Shown piece by piece: positions 11,401 to 23,423 of a stretch of DNA of 64,000 nucleotides. Every line of letters starts with the position of its first letter. Positions within the stretch are counted from its first letter, which is position 1. Origin of the DNA: Mizuhopecten yessoensis. Its lineage: Eukaryota. Position numbers and translations under genes: made by a program. The notes beneath the pieces are model-generated. The model did no database searches and was not told the DNA's origin. It saw only the letters and a program-made list of their open reading frames with translations. The stretch lies in contig NW_018408800.1 of the NCBI RefSeq assembly GCF_002113885.1, positions 200,907 through 264,906 on the forward strand. Reading direction: 5' to 3'.

Positions 11401-13418
11401 CGAAAAAATGTGGGTCGCATAATAGTTTGATTGACTGGCTTTGAAGTCAGGTGTCACTCTTTAGTGATCTTCAAAGGACATGTATATTAGCCCTAGTTAT
11501 TGGTCATGTTTTTTTACCTGAGAATAATCAAATAGCTAGAAGCATGCCTTCAGTTTAGCTATGACATATCCCAGGGGTGCAGAGAGCAAAAATGAGCGTT
11601 GCCTGTAGAGTATCGAGGATGACAGAAAGTGAGTTTTACAGTATGTAAAGCAGTTATGTCTTAATTAAGTCCCCTGGAGTTCCTTATGTCCATGTACTGG
11701 TTACATATTTTAACTGGTAACATATTTTACTGTAATAATTGAATTCTCTTTCATTAAAATCCAAGAAAGTTTGAAATCCATTTATGTACAGATCAAATGC
11801 AAGCATGTAAAAATCATAGGCAGTATTTCAGATGTTTCCAAGGGAAATGATATGATGATCAACGAATAATTAGGAAGGGCAGTTTTTCAGTGGCCAGATA
11901 TTTTGATTTAATTTACACACTTATAAAATGTATAGAACTAAAAGAAATAAAAGTTACATTTAAAAACTGGTAGGATTGGTACTGAGTTTTGTGAAGGCAG
12001 GGTTACTGAAAATACAGATATTAAGAATGTGAAGTGAAGATGAGAAACTTGTTACAGGCTGTCATCTCAGTCCTTCTGTCATCTTAGACTTATATATTTA
12101 AATTGATTTTTAAAATGGAATTTTCAGTGTGACTATTTGAACATTTATATTGTTTTAGGAAGCTGCAATGGCTGGGTTGATCAGGAAGGTCATCTGGATT
12201 TGGCCGAAGTGGACAGAGCACGAACATGAGGGTACAGAACAATCTGGAGAGGTTGAAGTGGGCTGGGCTCAGGTGGACGGCCCACACAGAGACAAGTTCA
12301 AGGTCTTCTGTTTGTGCTATCACAATAGCACGGAAAATGGCCGAAGTTGTATTTACTTACCTTTACAACGGGCAACAGAGTCAGGTGTTTCCATCAACCC
12401 TCACCTTTGTCATGTCAAAAAGTCATTTTTCTATAAAGAAATCAGAGAAGATATTGCTGTTCAGAAATTGAGCAAAGGTAAATTAGTGTCTTCCACTGAG
12501 TCAGTCTTACTTGATATAGATGAGGATTATTATGGGTGTGCCTATGCCTCCAAGCCATTGCTGGATGCTAATATGTCTATGGACAATATTCACAAGTTAG
12601 ACGGTCTGATACAGAAACTGTTCTGTCCTCAAGGGGCAATCAAGGAACAGGAGGCCGACCGGCTACTTGTCAGTGTGCTGGGAATTCTGAGAAAAGCACC
12701 TTCCTGTCCAAACAGTACAAATACAAAAGCTAGCAATGTCTTGCTCTCCAAAGGTCCCACTGGTCAGTCACAAAGTCATGGAGGCAAGTTTAGCTTCAAT
12801 AAAAGTATGCTGGATGTCGGAAAATCGGCCAATAAGAAGAACCCAAATTCAAACAATGTGAAGTGTAAGGTGGATTCTCTTGCTCTTTATAAAGAAGCTG
12901 AATCAGCTATTAAGAAATACTTGTGGCAGGCAAAGAATTCGGTTGCGTGTGGCAGGAGGACACCACACAGTGAGAAGATTTTAAAAGAATTAATGAATCA
13001 CTTCAAGCAGCACAGTCAAAGACAACTCAGATCTTTACAATATGTTGGTTTTTGTTTGACATCGTCACCCAAATCTAGTAAGCTTGTAAGTAAATTCAAC
13101 TTCCATGTGTGTCATGGCGTAAACTACCCTGGGCACTCCGCCGTACATGTATACATACCTGACATGTCGGAAATTCACCAGAGAACCAAACTTCTGCAGG
13201 ACATAATGTCAGCTGTGAAAAGTAAGAAAACGTCTATGGCCACTGTGTGCAGGTCTATCAGGGATGGTTACACCCCACGTCGCTACTTTAATAGGATAGA
13301 AGGGGATGTGCTAAAAGTGCTGAATGTGACGTTTGGTAATATTCAGCTGCGTTATGATTCCGATCTACTTGGTGGAAGGAAAGGGTGGCCAAGTCGACAT
13401 AAAGTGTCCCCAAAATAA
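5479..13418 (+). CDS. UPF0489 (C5orf22-like) family protein with N-terminal signal anchor, 579 aa
   Basis: Exons 5479-5770, 9257-9318, 10732-10857 and 12159-13418, all GT-AG with phases 1/0/0 consistent (1740 nt). Family motifs: LPVYIVEEHHEVLPVW, IHLDGHSD, AAMAGLIRKVIWIWPKW, VLLDIDEDYY, TVCRSIRDGYTP. N-terminal basic residues followed by the hydrophobic IIGVVFICVIVGIYISLL. Confidence 0.85.
5826..5905. repeat. 10-bp tandem repeat (AACGGGCAGA), ending at an N
   Basis: About 8 copies directly visible. N at 5905. Confidence 0.85.
6000..6377 (-). mobile_element. TRIM with tRNA-derived LTRs (bivalve TRIM/Ajax type)
   Basis: Two ~120-130-bp direct repeats (6377-6244, starting TGTAG, and ~6118-6000), each with A/B-box-like motifs (GGTTTGAATCC, GGTTCGAGACC). 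~125-bp internal region ends in polypurine AAGAAAAAGAAGGGAAGAA just before the second repeat. Confidence 0.75.
6500..6720 (-). mobile_element. Degenerate molluscan SINE (Meta-SINE-like)
   Basis: Resembles the recurrent molluscan SINE body (cataatactgaca..atgctga..gcaggca..ttttaaagact..gaaccc). Recognised from memory, not searched. Confidence 0.4.
8120..8177 (-). ncRNA. Minimal type I hammerhead ribozyme (inverted copy)
   Basis: Reverse complement reads TGTCTGATGAAGGTGACATGTACAGTGTACATATCGTACTTGTCATCGAAACGTCACA. Confidence 0.75.
8355..8412 (+). ncRNA. Minimal type I hammerhead ribozyme
   Basis: TGT-CTGATGA-A-GGTGACA[loop]TGTCATC-GAAA-CGTC-ACA: conserved core, 7-bp stem II, palindromic ACGT stem III, GUC cleavage triplet and short stem I. 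Confidence 0.75.
11268..11620. mobile_element. MITE with ~60-bp inverted arms
   Basis: atcctagatactc..gctctctgcacccctggaatatgtc is the inverse of gacatatcccaggggtgcagagagc..gagtatcgaggat. Confidence 0.65.
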
Positions 13419-13810
13419 TTCTAGGTTACTCCTGTCTTTATTCTCGTTTTAAAAATGTAGAACAGCTGTATTACTATGGCATAATGTAGAATATGTCTGT
13501 TCCCTAAAACACTGGTTTTGTGGATGATGGAACAACCAGATATAGTGGTGGTTTAATTATACAAAAAGTCTGATATTATATGTATTGACTGACAATATGA
13601 TAATTTGTTGTCATATTGACAGTTCTATTAGAGTCTGATATTACTGGTTCATTTATCAAAAATTAGAAGTTGAATTGTCCCTAGTAACTTCATAATCAAT
13701 CTGATACTGTGTGGTGCTTATTTGTCATAGGCATTATATTTTTGTAATACTTCAAGGATCCTTGTCCAACTGCACTCTTTTTTTCCTAGTATATTCAGTT
13801 ACCTCCCTTT

Positions 13811-13864
13811 AATAGATTTGGATATGACAATAGATTTGGATATGACAATAGATTTGGATATGAC
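13811..13864. repeat. 18-bp tandem repeat x3
   Basis: AATAGATTTGGATATGAC three times. Confidence 0.9.
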
Positions 13865-13993
13865 TATAGCACAGTTGAGCCAGAACACTTCCGTTGACCA
13901 GGTAGCTCAGTTGGTTAAAGTGACAGTTTAACAATCTGAGGTCCTGGGTCCCAGTACTGTTCTAGTCCAGCTCAAGTTTTTTACACTCAAAAC
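13865..13993 (+). mobile_element. tRNA-containing solo LTR (second TRIM-like family)
   Basis: gttgagccagaacacttccgttgaccaggtagctcagttgg..; homologous to the copies at 18676 and 27935. Confidence 0.6.
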
Positions 13994-14344
13994 ACTGATG
14001 TTGGTTATATTTTGTTTATTTTTCTTTATTTTGCTAGCAATGATTTCGTTTCAGAAAATAACATTTTAAAGCTATATACATACATAGCCATGCCAGAAAC
14101 AGTTTCCAGTATTTAGTTACAGTTTTTGCAGTGGTACAGGATCCTTGAGATCTGAAAAATCTCTTTATTACATTGTATATGATAGAGATCAGCTAGTTTG
14201 ATTTTGAATAGGGTGGAGTTCTTTGTCAACCTACACATTTAAAGTAGGAAGGAAATAATGAAAATTTGTCCATTAGAAATTAAAGCACTACAGCTTTTAA
14301 ATAAAAATCATTAACAAACATTTTTGTGTTTGATGTCAAGGATT

Positions 14345-14682
14345 ATCACTGATGAACTATGATTCATTGGAGGTTACATTTGTAATCACTGATGAACTAT
14401 GATCATTGGAGGTTACATTTGTCATCACTGATGAACTATGATCATTGGAGGTTACATTTGTCATCACTGATGAACTATGATTCATTGGAGGTTACATTTG
14501 TCATCACTGATGAACCATGATTCATTGGAGGTTACACTTGTAATCACTGATGAACTATGATCATTGGAGGTTACATTTGTAATCACTGATGAACTATGAT
14601 TCATTGGAGGTTACATTTGTCATCACTGATGAACTATGATTCATTGGAGGTTACATTTGTAATCACTGATGAACTATGATTC
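14345..14682. repeat. 39-40-bp minisatellite, ~8.5 copies
   Basis: Unit ATCACTGATGAACTATGA(T)TCATTGGAGGTTACATTTGT(A/C). Confidence 0.95.
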
Positions 14683-15844
14683 TGCAAAGCTTAACCCTCG
14701 GGTATTGTAAGAATGGCGCTAAATTATATGAGAAGTGTAATATATAACATTTTTTTGTAGTCCACAAAGAAAAAGCAGTATAAAATATTTGATAATTTTG
14801 TTTTATGTACAACGAAGGCAAAGCTGGTTGAAAACAACATGAAAAGTTGTGATTCAATGTACATGTTTACCAAAGCAAATATTTCTACATGTTTTATGAG
14901 ATTTTATAGTTTTGAATTCGAAATACTTCTTTCAATACATGTTAAAGCTGTTAATTCTGATATATATCCCTATCAGGTATTGTTTCATATTTATATATAA
15001 TATCTTTTTGCATTTTGTATCTGTCCCACGTAGAGGTGTATTTTGTATTCATATATATGTGTACATGTTAATATGTCCATGACAGCAATTGATCTAGACT
15101 AAGTCTGCAAATTCCATTTCAAAATATACCAGTCAGGATCGGCCTGTTTAATTTGTTGATTGAATCTAGGATATAAATATGAGTTAACATATGGAAATAA
15201 TATGGACATCATTTCCATTTTTGGACAATTTTTTGTTTTTGTTTTTTGCAAATATTTTATATCCCCCCGCCAAATATTATATATAATATATATAATATAA
15301 TATAATATACTGATAAAATGTTTGGACAAATTGATCCTGAGTCCAAACTTTTCTCTGTTATATTGCAATTGTAGAGGCTTAGTAATGTAAAAACATTTAT
15401 GGTTTGACTTGTAATATAAACCAGACTTATCATTTAAAATGAAAATTCCTTCATATTGTATGTGTAAAAATAATAATGTATACAATTGTGATGTCGATTT
15501 AGTTGTTCATAAAACACTACCATTAATTAGTGTAACTATTACACATACTGGTATTACTTTTAAAGCTTTAAGAGCTAGAACCTAAAGCTGATTCTATCTT
15601 GCCCAGTATATTCCTACTCTATACATCAAATGCAAGCTGAGGATTTATTACGCTTTCTTTTTATGTATATTTTCCAAGAATCTATTCTTGTTCATGTTTA
15701 CCAAATTGTATTGTAAATATATTAATTCCTATAGGTGTTTTGAGTCATTAGCAGTTGCAATTATGTAGTTCTTTCGCCCAAATGTGGTAAATAGTAAATA
15801 TTAAGATAAAATCCTTGTTACTTTCCATTGTGTTGATTATTGGT

Positions 15845-16770
15845 AATCACGATAATCACGATCAATAAAGGAACATGTTACTGTAACAGGGACCACGATT
15901 ACTGGCTGACCCAGCCTCCTGTCTAGTGCAATGTGTTGAGCAGTGGTGACCACCATTAATAGAGGATTATATGTTACTCTAACATGGACCATGGATACTG
16001 GCTGACCCAGCCTCCTATCTAGTGCAATGTGTTGAGCAGTGCTGATCTGATCACTATTAATAGGGGAACACATGTTACTCTTACAGGGACCTAGGTTACT
16101 GGCTGACCCAGTCTCCTGTCTAGTGCATTATGAGTTCTAGGTCTGTTGTAATTACTGCCTGTTGTAATATACAGGTATAAGGAATCATTAATTCAGTAAT
16201 GGTGAGGATCTCTATATTATATGTTATAGGTACTAATATATCATAGAGATCCTTACCATTACTGAATTAATGAGCAGTGGTGATCACCATAAATAGGGGA
16301 ACACATGTTACTCTTACAGGGACCTAGGTTACTGGCTGACCCAGGCTCCTGTCTAGTGCAATGTGTTTAGCAGTGGTGATCACCATTAATAGGGGAACAC
16401 ATGTTACTCTAACATGGACCACGATAACTGGCTGACCCAGTCTCCTGTCTAGTGCAATGTATTGAGTAGTGGTGATCACCATTAATAGAGGATTATATGT
16501 TTCTCTAACATGGACCACGATTACTGGCTGACCAAGTCTCCTGTCTAGTGCAATGTGCTGAGCAGTGGTGATCACCATTAATAGAGGATTATATGCTACT
16601 CTAACAGGTACCTCGATTACTGGCTGACCCAGTCTCCTGTCTAGTGCATTATGAGTTTTAGGTCTGTTGTAATTACTGCCTATTGTAATATACAGGTATA
16701 AGGAATCATTAATTCAGTAATGGTAAGGATCTCTATATTATATGTTATAGGTACTAATATATCATAGATG
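15845..16770. repeat. 96-bp tandem repeat (~7-8 copies) interrupted by a duplicated hairpin segment
   Basis: ACTGGCTGACCCAG.. recurs at 15901, 15997, ~16098, 16331, 16427, 16523 and ~16619. Segment 16128-16272 is repeated partially at 16648-16770. Confidence 0.9.
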
Positions 16771-17099
16771 AGTTACAGAGAATGTGTATCCACAATCGTG
16801 TGGAATTCATCGGAACATTTGTAATTGAAGCTAAATGTACAAACTGTTCTCAGTATGTTCTTGTCTTTGTTTTTCAGTTTCAAGATAAATATTTTTTTTG
16901 CCAATATCTGCTAAGCTGTACACATTTTGCCTTTTGCTAACTTTATTTATATGATCTAATTTCATATAATTGGGCTTGGTATTATGTAATATTTATTGAA
17001 TGATATTTGACTGAAGATGAGCCTTAATAATCCAACCACCTTTAATTTGGTTCTAATACTAATAGATAATCCAGCCAGAATCAGGCTTCTTAACTATAT

Positions 17100-17460
17100 G
17101 TACTTAACCTTACTCCTACAGATAATCCAACCACCTTTTCCCTCAGAGAATCCCCCACCTTGCTCCTACAGATGATCCAACCACCTTTTCCATCAGAGAA
17201 TCCCCCACCTTGCTCCTACAGATGATCCAGCCACCATTTGTTTCCAATAGATGATCCAGCCACCATTTGTTTCCAATAGATAATCCCCTCACCTTGCTCC
17301 TACAGATAATCCAGCCACCATTTGTTTCCAATAGATAATCCCCTCATGATCACCTTGCTCCTACAGTTAATCCAGCCACCATTTGTTTCCAATAGATAAT
17401 CCCCTCACCTTGCTCCTACAGTTAATCCAGCCACATTTTGTTCCCAGTTGATAATGTAGC
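17100..17460. repeat. Composite minisatellite with two alternating 26-29-bp units
   Basis: GATAATCCAGCCACCATTTGTTTCCAATA and GATAATCCCCTCACCTTGCTCCTACA. Confidence 0.85.
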
Positions 17461-18675
17461 TATCTTTGTGGCTAGATTAGATAATCCTGCCACCCTTGTT
17501 CTGAGCAGGTGATCCAGTCATTTTTGTCCCAGTGGATATTTTTGCCACCTTCATTCCCAGCAGAAGTGGCTGGGCTGTACATGTGGGACAACTGGATTAC
17601 TTGGACATTTGTATTATAGAAAATAACTAATCTGCCCTCTAAAACACTGACTGGATAGTAGGACCACGTCTTGAATAGTAGAGTTGGACTCAACTACATT
17701 TTCGAAGGACTCTTTATGAAGGATTTCCAATGTGATACACTTACCCCTTTCTATTTTTAGAGAAAACAAGACTTTGTATTGATGTCACCTTTTGTGGTGA
17801 TGGGCTAGTAATTATACAGATTCCATTGGGAATGTAACACTGATATGATTGATATGGTTCTGTATCTAACAGGTTAGACGCTTTAAGCAGTTCTGCTTGG
17901 AAGGACAGGACTAGTTGGATTTACTAGTTCACACTCACAGGAGATCACAGTTCTGTTAATAATTAATAGTGCCTTCAGATGAGATATAGCTACATGTAAC
18001 ATATGTCATTCGCATAGTATGCGTATAGGCTGTATTCTGACTGTTGTTGCTATATTAATAAAACTTTGATTTTCTGAGACTATTTCTCCCTCAGCGTTAC
18101 TCATCAGATAGCTTGCTACTGAAGGTAGCATCCCCAACACTCAGCTTGTAGCAGAAAGGATGGTTGTTGGGGACATCCTAATACTCCCTAGTAATGATAG
18201 GATGGCAAAGTCCTACAATTTTCCCACAATTTTCCTTTATCTGCAGTAGCTTTTGATAGGATTATTCATATCGGTTAATCTATCTGTCAAGTGATATTTT
18301 AATTAGAAAATGAAGTCCAAATTGATAGTAGGGTTAGATGATTCACGAGTCTTAATCTTTAACTCCTCAGATTAAGAATCAGTTGAACATGTATAAATTC
18401 ACCTTAAAGGGAGCTTCTTCCTTTTAATAGAATGTTCTGTTTGTAGTTGGGTTTTATAAAGGCCATGGAAGCTTGTAAAAGTTGTTAAGTATATAAGGAT
18501 CCCTGTAACAATGCCTAAAACTGTAATATTACTATGCACTTGAAACTGTTTTTGCAGGCATGATTTTAGCTTCGATAAATCTTTTCTGAATAGAATATCG
18601 TACCTGCAAGACTTTTTTGAAAAATGATTGTGATTAAATATGAAAAAAAAAAACAATCAACGACAGAATTCTGTT

Positions 18676-18788
18676 TGTAAACATTCAGTGGGACAAGCAT
18701 GAAACCCAGAACTTCAGATTGTTATACTATCACTGTAACAAACTGAGCTACCTGGTCAATGGAAGTGGCCCTGCCCAGCTCTTCTACA
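18676..18788 (-). mobile_element. tRNA-containing solo LTR
   Basis: Minus strand reads TGTAGAAGAGCTGGGCAGGGCCACTTCCATTGACCAGGTAGCTCAG..; same family as 13865. Confidence 0.6.
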
Positions 18789-19399
18789 ATTATCTCAATA
18801 AAAGAAATCAAGAGAAGGTTCATGTATATAGGAAAAAACAGTGCAGTGAGACAGGTATCCTTAAGCTTTCAACAGATTAAATAGGCTTCAGTATGTTCAC
18901 ACCGTTCTTTTGAACAGTCTGTTTTAAGGTGTGTGTGTTTATATTTATCGTTACAATATATGTATATAGTTTTGTATTTCTATGATATTTTCATATAGTA
19001 TTTATAAGCTTTGTTTCTAACAGTATTTTATTTTGTTCATTAAGTTCCAGCTACACTGTATATGTATAAATGCTAATTTGTTGCCATGTACAAACATAAT
19101 TATCTGTGATGATCATATATGATTCCAGTGCTGATGTTATCTGGTAACAAATAGCCATGGTGTAATTACAGTACCAGGACTCAGTTGTACACCGTTTTAA
19201 TGACACGTTAAGATACAATTTGAGCCATTGATATTTTCTGAAATTTTGAAACTAAACGTGGTCACTTTTTTGTGGCTTCTATTCGAAAATATACCCGCTG
19301 CACCCATTGCAACACATAAGAAAATAGCATTTTCTCTCCATTTTCTAATTGCATTTTGTTTCCTAGAGACATACTTGGCAAAACGTTGATTTTAGCTTT

Positions 19400-19650
19400 A
19401 GTGGTGAACGTTCGCCCAAGTGAGGAAGGTTAAGGGTCTGTTTGACGTTCAGGTTTGGATGGATAGCATTAAGGACTGGTTAACCTATTGTTATTGTAAC
19501 GTGACCAATTGGAGTGCCATGCTCTTGTGTCCAGCTTATGACATTTCAGTAAGATGACACTTTGAAGTGGTCCGTGCGTTCCCCTGACATCCGTTGACAC
19601 ATGGCTTCTGACCTTAGCTGTTATGAGATTATGTTTTGTTTTTGTTTTTG
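19400..19650 (+). mobile_element. Degenerate SINE
   Basis: tRNA-like 5' part, SINE-body-like centre, and a (GTTTT)n tail. Confidence 0.35.
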
Positions 19651-22600
19651 TGCTGATGAAGAAAATAAAACAATAAAATATCCAAGTGTAAAAATAAGAT
19701 AACAATGTTTACTTGATTTTGAGAAAACTATGGCAAAACATAACCAAAGAAAATGTTTTATGGAGACAATTGAAACGTTCATGGGGAATAAGTCTTAGAG
19801 GTGGGATACAAATGGGTCCGGTGACTGTTGTAAGTTAATATAACAGGCAAATAGTGCTATAAACACACGCAATATCGTCTTTGTCATACTCTTTTTGTAG
19901 ACTGCTGACATTTTAATGATGAAGTTGTTAAAATATCTTCACTTTGTAACTTTCGTGTTAAAGAAATGTCACTGAAGGAATATATAATGCTCTTATGCGA
20001 CACAAATACATTGCTTTCTGTTAATTATGTACATTTAATGCTTTTAAAAGTATACAGTATTTATTATAGATTTATGCAATGTGACGTATTTAATGGCCAG
20101 AATAAACTGTAAATAATGTTTTAATTGCCAAATATATAATTTAACAATTTACAGAGTTGATGGTGTATTTAACGAAATATTGGTCCTCAATTACTGAAGA
20201 GTTATATAATATCAAGTATAAGCTAGGTAATATATACTATCTGAATGTGTGAACACTACTCATCAAGATTTTTCTTCTGAAGAAAATGAAATGCTTAAAG
20301 AGATTTTTACGTTATTATGTAAAAAGAAATGTTGGAATTATGTCATTGTCCATTTGTGTATAGTGTTGAATTAATTTTTATAAGTAGCTGTAAGTTATGA
20401 ATATTGATGTAATACTTGTCTCGTTTTGGTGTACCTGGTACAATCGTTGTCTATGTAATCGCTGTATTAATTACGGCAGATCTCATCTTTTGAGGTTTTG
20501 AATTGCTTGTTTTTACTGCGGAAGTAAGTGTTAATCAGTATCAAAGATATACATGTATATAATGCATATTAATGATAGGACGTATTTTATTCACATGACA
20601 TTAACTTCTTTTTTTGGATATTTGTTTATATGATTACATAATACTTTTGTTTATTTCATGTATTTATATGGAAGAAAATGTTAACCGAATCTTCTTTAAA
20701 GTGGGTTTCATTGTAACTTGAGGTACTGTGTTAGTATTCTGTAGGATTTGGACAATAACTACTGATGAAAACGATTTCCCCCTATAATTCCAACAGTACT
20801 GTTGAATATCATCTATCAGTCTTAAGATTAGTTATTCGTGAAGATGATACTGAAAACATCATTCATGTCCAGGTACATGCAGTTTTAAAGTCCAAACAAT
20901 TCCAACACAAATTGAATGGTGAAATGAAATAGGTCAATGGAAGGAAATAGCAAAGCGCACACTGCTGTAGTCTGTTTGTATAAAAAAAATAGCTGTTTCG
21001 ATTTTCCATGTAAAAAAATAAAACAGACAAAATTGAACTTACTTAAGGGGCCCATATATACACATGACTCGATTGTTTTTGTCCACCATACATTTCTCAT
21101 AATGAATGCTTTTTTAAAACTTTTATATTTGTTGTGGAATGATTTGCGATGAAATTGAACGTATTTTTGAGCGATGGCTACATATTTAACAGTGGTGGGT
21201 TGTAAAGATATTGGCGAATAAAGAATTGGTGAAATTTACTTTGTTTTTAGTTTTAAATTGTGACAATTTTGTGTAGGAATTATCTGTCTGTCCATCAGTC
21301 TATGCACATACCAACATTCTCTGTTCTCTCTCGATATGTCAAGGGGCTTTATTGTCTAAATTTGATTTCTTCGTGAATATCAAAGAAAAGATCATCACTA
21401 GGAATTTCCCCTTTTGATTCCAGCAATCACCGAGTGTATGGTGAGACCAGGAGTTGATACATGATCAACTGCTACAAACGTCTTTATTCCGTATGTAGAA
21501 TTTGTTAATCTTAAAATAAATGGAAATAAGACGGTAAAAAACATATAGAGTAGAAATAAACCACTGACATCAAAACCTGGTGGAAAATATTGAATTAAAG
21601 GAAACTCAAAGAGAAGAAAATGGACAAGCAAAGTTATCAAAAGTCGCAGAAACCCGTGGACGTACGAAATACGGTACATTTAGGACGCTTTGCAATAAAA
21701 AAAATTGACCTAAAGAGCTAAAAGCAAAGGCGGAATGCAACTCCTAATAGGTATAATAAGCTGGCGATTTTGTTTTGTTATTGAATATGAGTATAACCTT
21801 TCTCTACGGCATATTCCATCTCTATGGAGAAGGCAGAAAACCCCAGAGCATTGCAGTATTGGGCATATTGTCAAATTCGTAAAGAAAACAAATGTGGAAA
21901 TATACGAACTGGAGAAGGTTTGTTGACAGCTTTACCATTGGTATTATTTGTAGGAATCGTACTGATAAGGCTCTATTTTTTATTGACGATAAGTGACGTT
22001 ATGTTGAAGTCGGTAAATATGCATGGTACATGTATGTGAAGATTGTTTTCTCGAATAAACTTACTCGTCAAATGTTTATATAAAAAACATCAATTGTTTT
22101 TTTATCTGAAACAATTAGATGTTTCCTTTACGCTATACATGTATACATGCATACAGCAAGCACATTCTTAAGTGCCTGTCAGATACATTTGTACCTCCCA
22201 TTGCTCTTAACAGACACCCAGAGGTGAAACTTAGTTGAATATGGTACACCGGGGAATTTTGTCCCTGTCAAACTTCGGCACTTTACCGACAAAACTCATA
22301 TTCTCCTAGTTTTGATTTAGCCATTCACATGAACTAGCATTTGTTGCCATTGCAAGTTTTCCCTCATCATGAGAATGAAAAACAGGAGGTGGATTTGTAG
22401 ACAAACACTCCCAGTATACAAGGTATTGTTATTTTACAGACATACGTGTGTTGTATTAGACCTTATGACAAGGTATTTGTTTATAAAACGTATATTATAC
22501 AAATGATAAAAAATCCACAGACTGGTCAGGAATAGACAGAAAGAAGTATAGAAAAACATATCTACATTCTTTATCTGATACACCCTGGTATGCAAACCTT

Positions 22601-23157
22601 AAAGTTTCATTACAAACAAGCTCACCCGATACTTAGTGGATGAAGGAAAATGAAAGCATATAATATGAAAATAAAATTTTCCAAACTTAACACGAAGAGG
22701 GTTTGTTTGAAGTAGTATACATTGTTTGATTGAGAGTTATTGATATCATCCCATTTTGCATATTTTCCAATTATCTACATTTTGATAACGAAATAATACA
22801 CTTATAAATAATTGTACGTTAAACAAAATATTGGAGACTTTTTCTCCGGTATCTCATGAAAATGAAATGTGACCAGAGCATAAGTATTACCAATTGTTGA
22901 TTCGTGTTTATCAGTTGCAGTACACGAAGAGGAGGCATTTCAAGAATTTAGTAACTTTAAATGACGTTATATAGAGCTGTGTTGATAAGCGTTTGATATT
23001 TAAAACAGGATACCAGTCATCGGCTGTCCGTAATACGAAGGTATAACTTGTGAACAAATGGATGATAGTCAACCAGGAAATACAGATTGTGACAGTGGAA
23101 ATTCTAGTACAATGTACAAGGCCTAGGGATCTATTCATGCCAGAAATGTGTCTTTCA

Positions 23158-23423
23158 TATGGCAAGCCAACTTAACATTTATTCAAGGAGCAATGTCGAT
23201 TCTGTATTTCATCGAATTATATATGATATCTTATATAGCATATGAGATATCTTATATACTATATAAGATATCTTAAATCGTATATAAGATATCTCATATA
23301 GTATATGAGATATCTTATATAATATATAAGATATCTCATATGCTATATAAGATATCATATATAATTCGATGAAATACAGAATCGACATTGCTCCTTGAAT
23401 AAATGTTAAGTTGGCTTGCCATA
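23158..23423. mobile_element. IS3EU-type non-autonomous MITE
   Basis: Nearly perfect 266-bp palindrome with TATGG...CCATA termini and 6-bp TSD CTTTCA (23152-23157, 23424-23429). Internal ~21-bp AGATATC repeats. Confidence 0.85.

Noticed and set aside
14345-14682. CTGATGA in every unit suggested tandem hammerheads or a CRISPR-like array
   Set aside because: No GAAA core or stem II, no unique spacers and no cas genes. It is an ordinary minisatellite.
15837-16578. Repetitive ORFs (TTAQHIALDRRLGQPV)
   Set aside because: A by-product of a 96-bp unit divisible by three, with stops in other copies and no splice support.
17100-17460. Repeat-spacer-like pattern sharing GATAATCC
   Set aside because: The apparent spacers are themselves two recurring units.
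21500-22060. Purine-rich, coding-like stretch ending in AATAAA, possibly a LINE 3' remnant
   Set aside because: Frames are broken and there is no motif I can identify.
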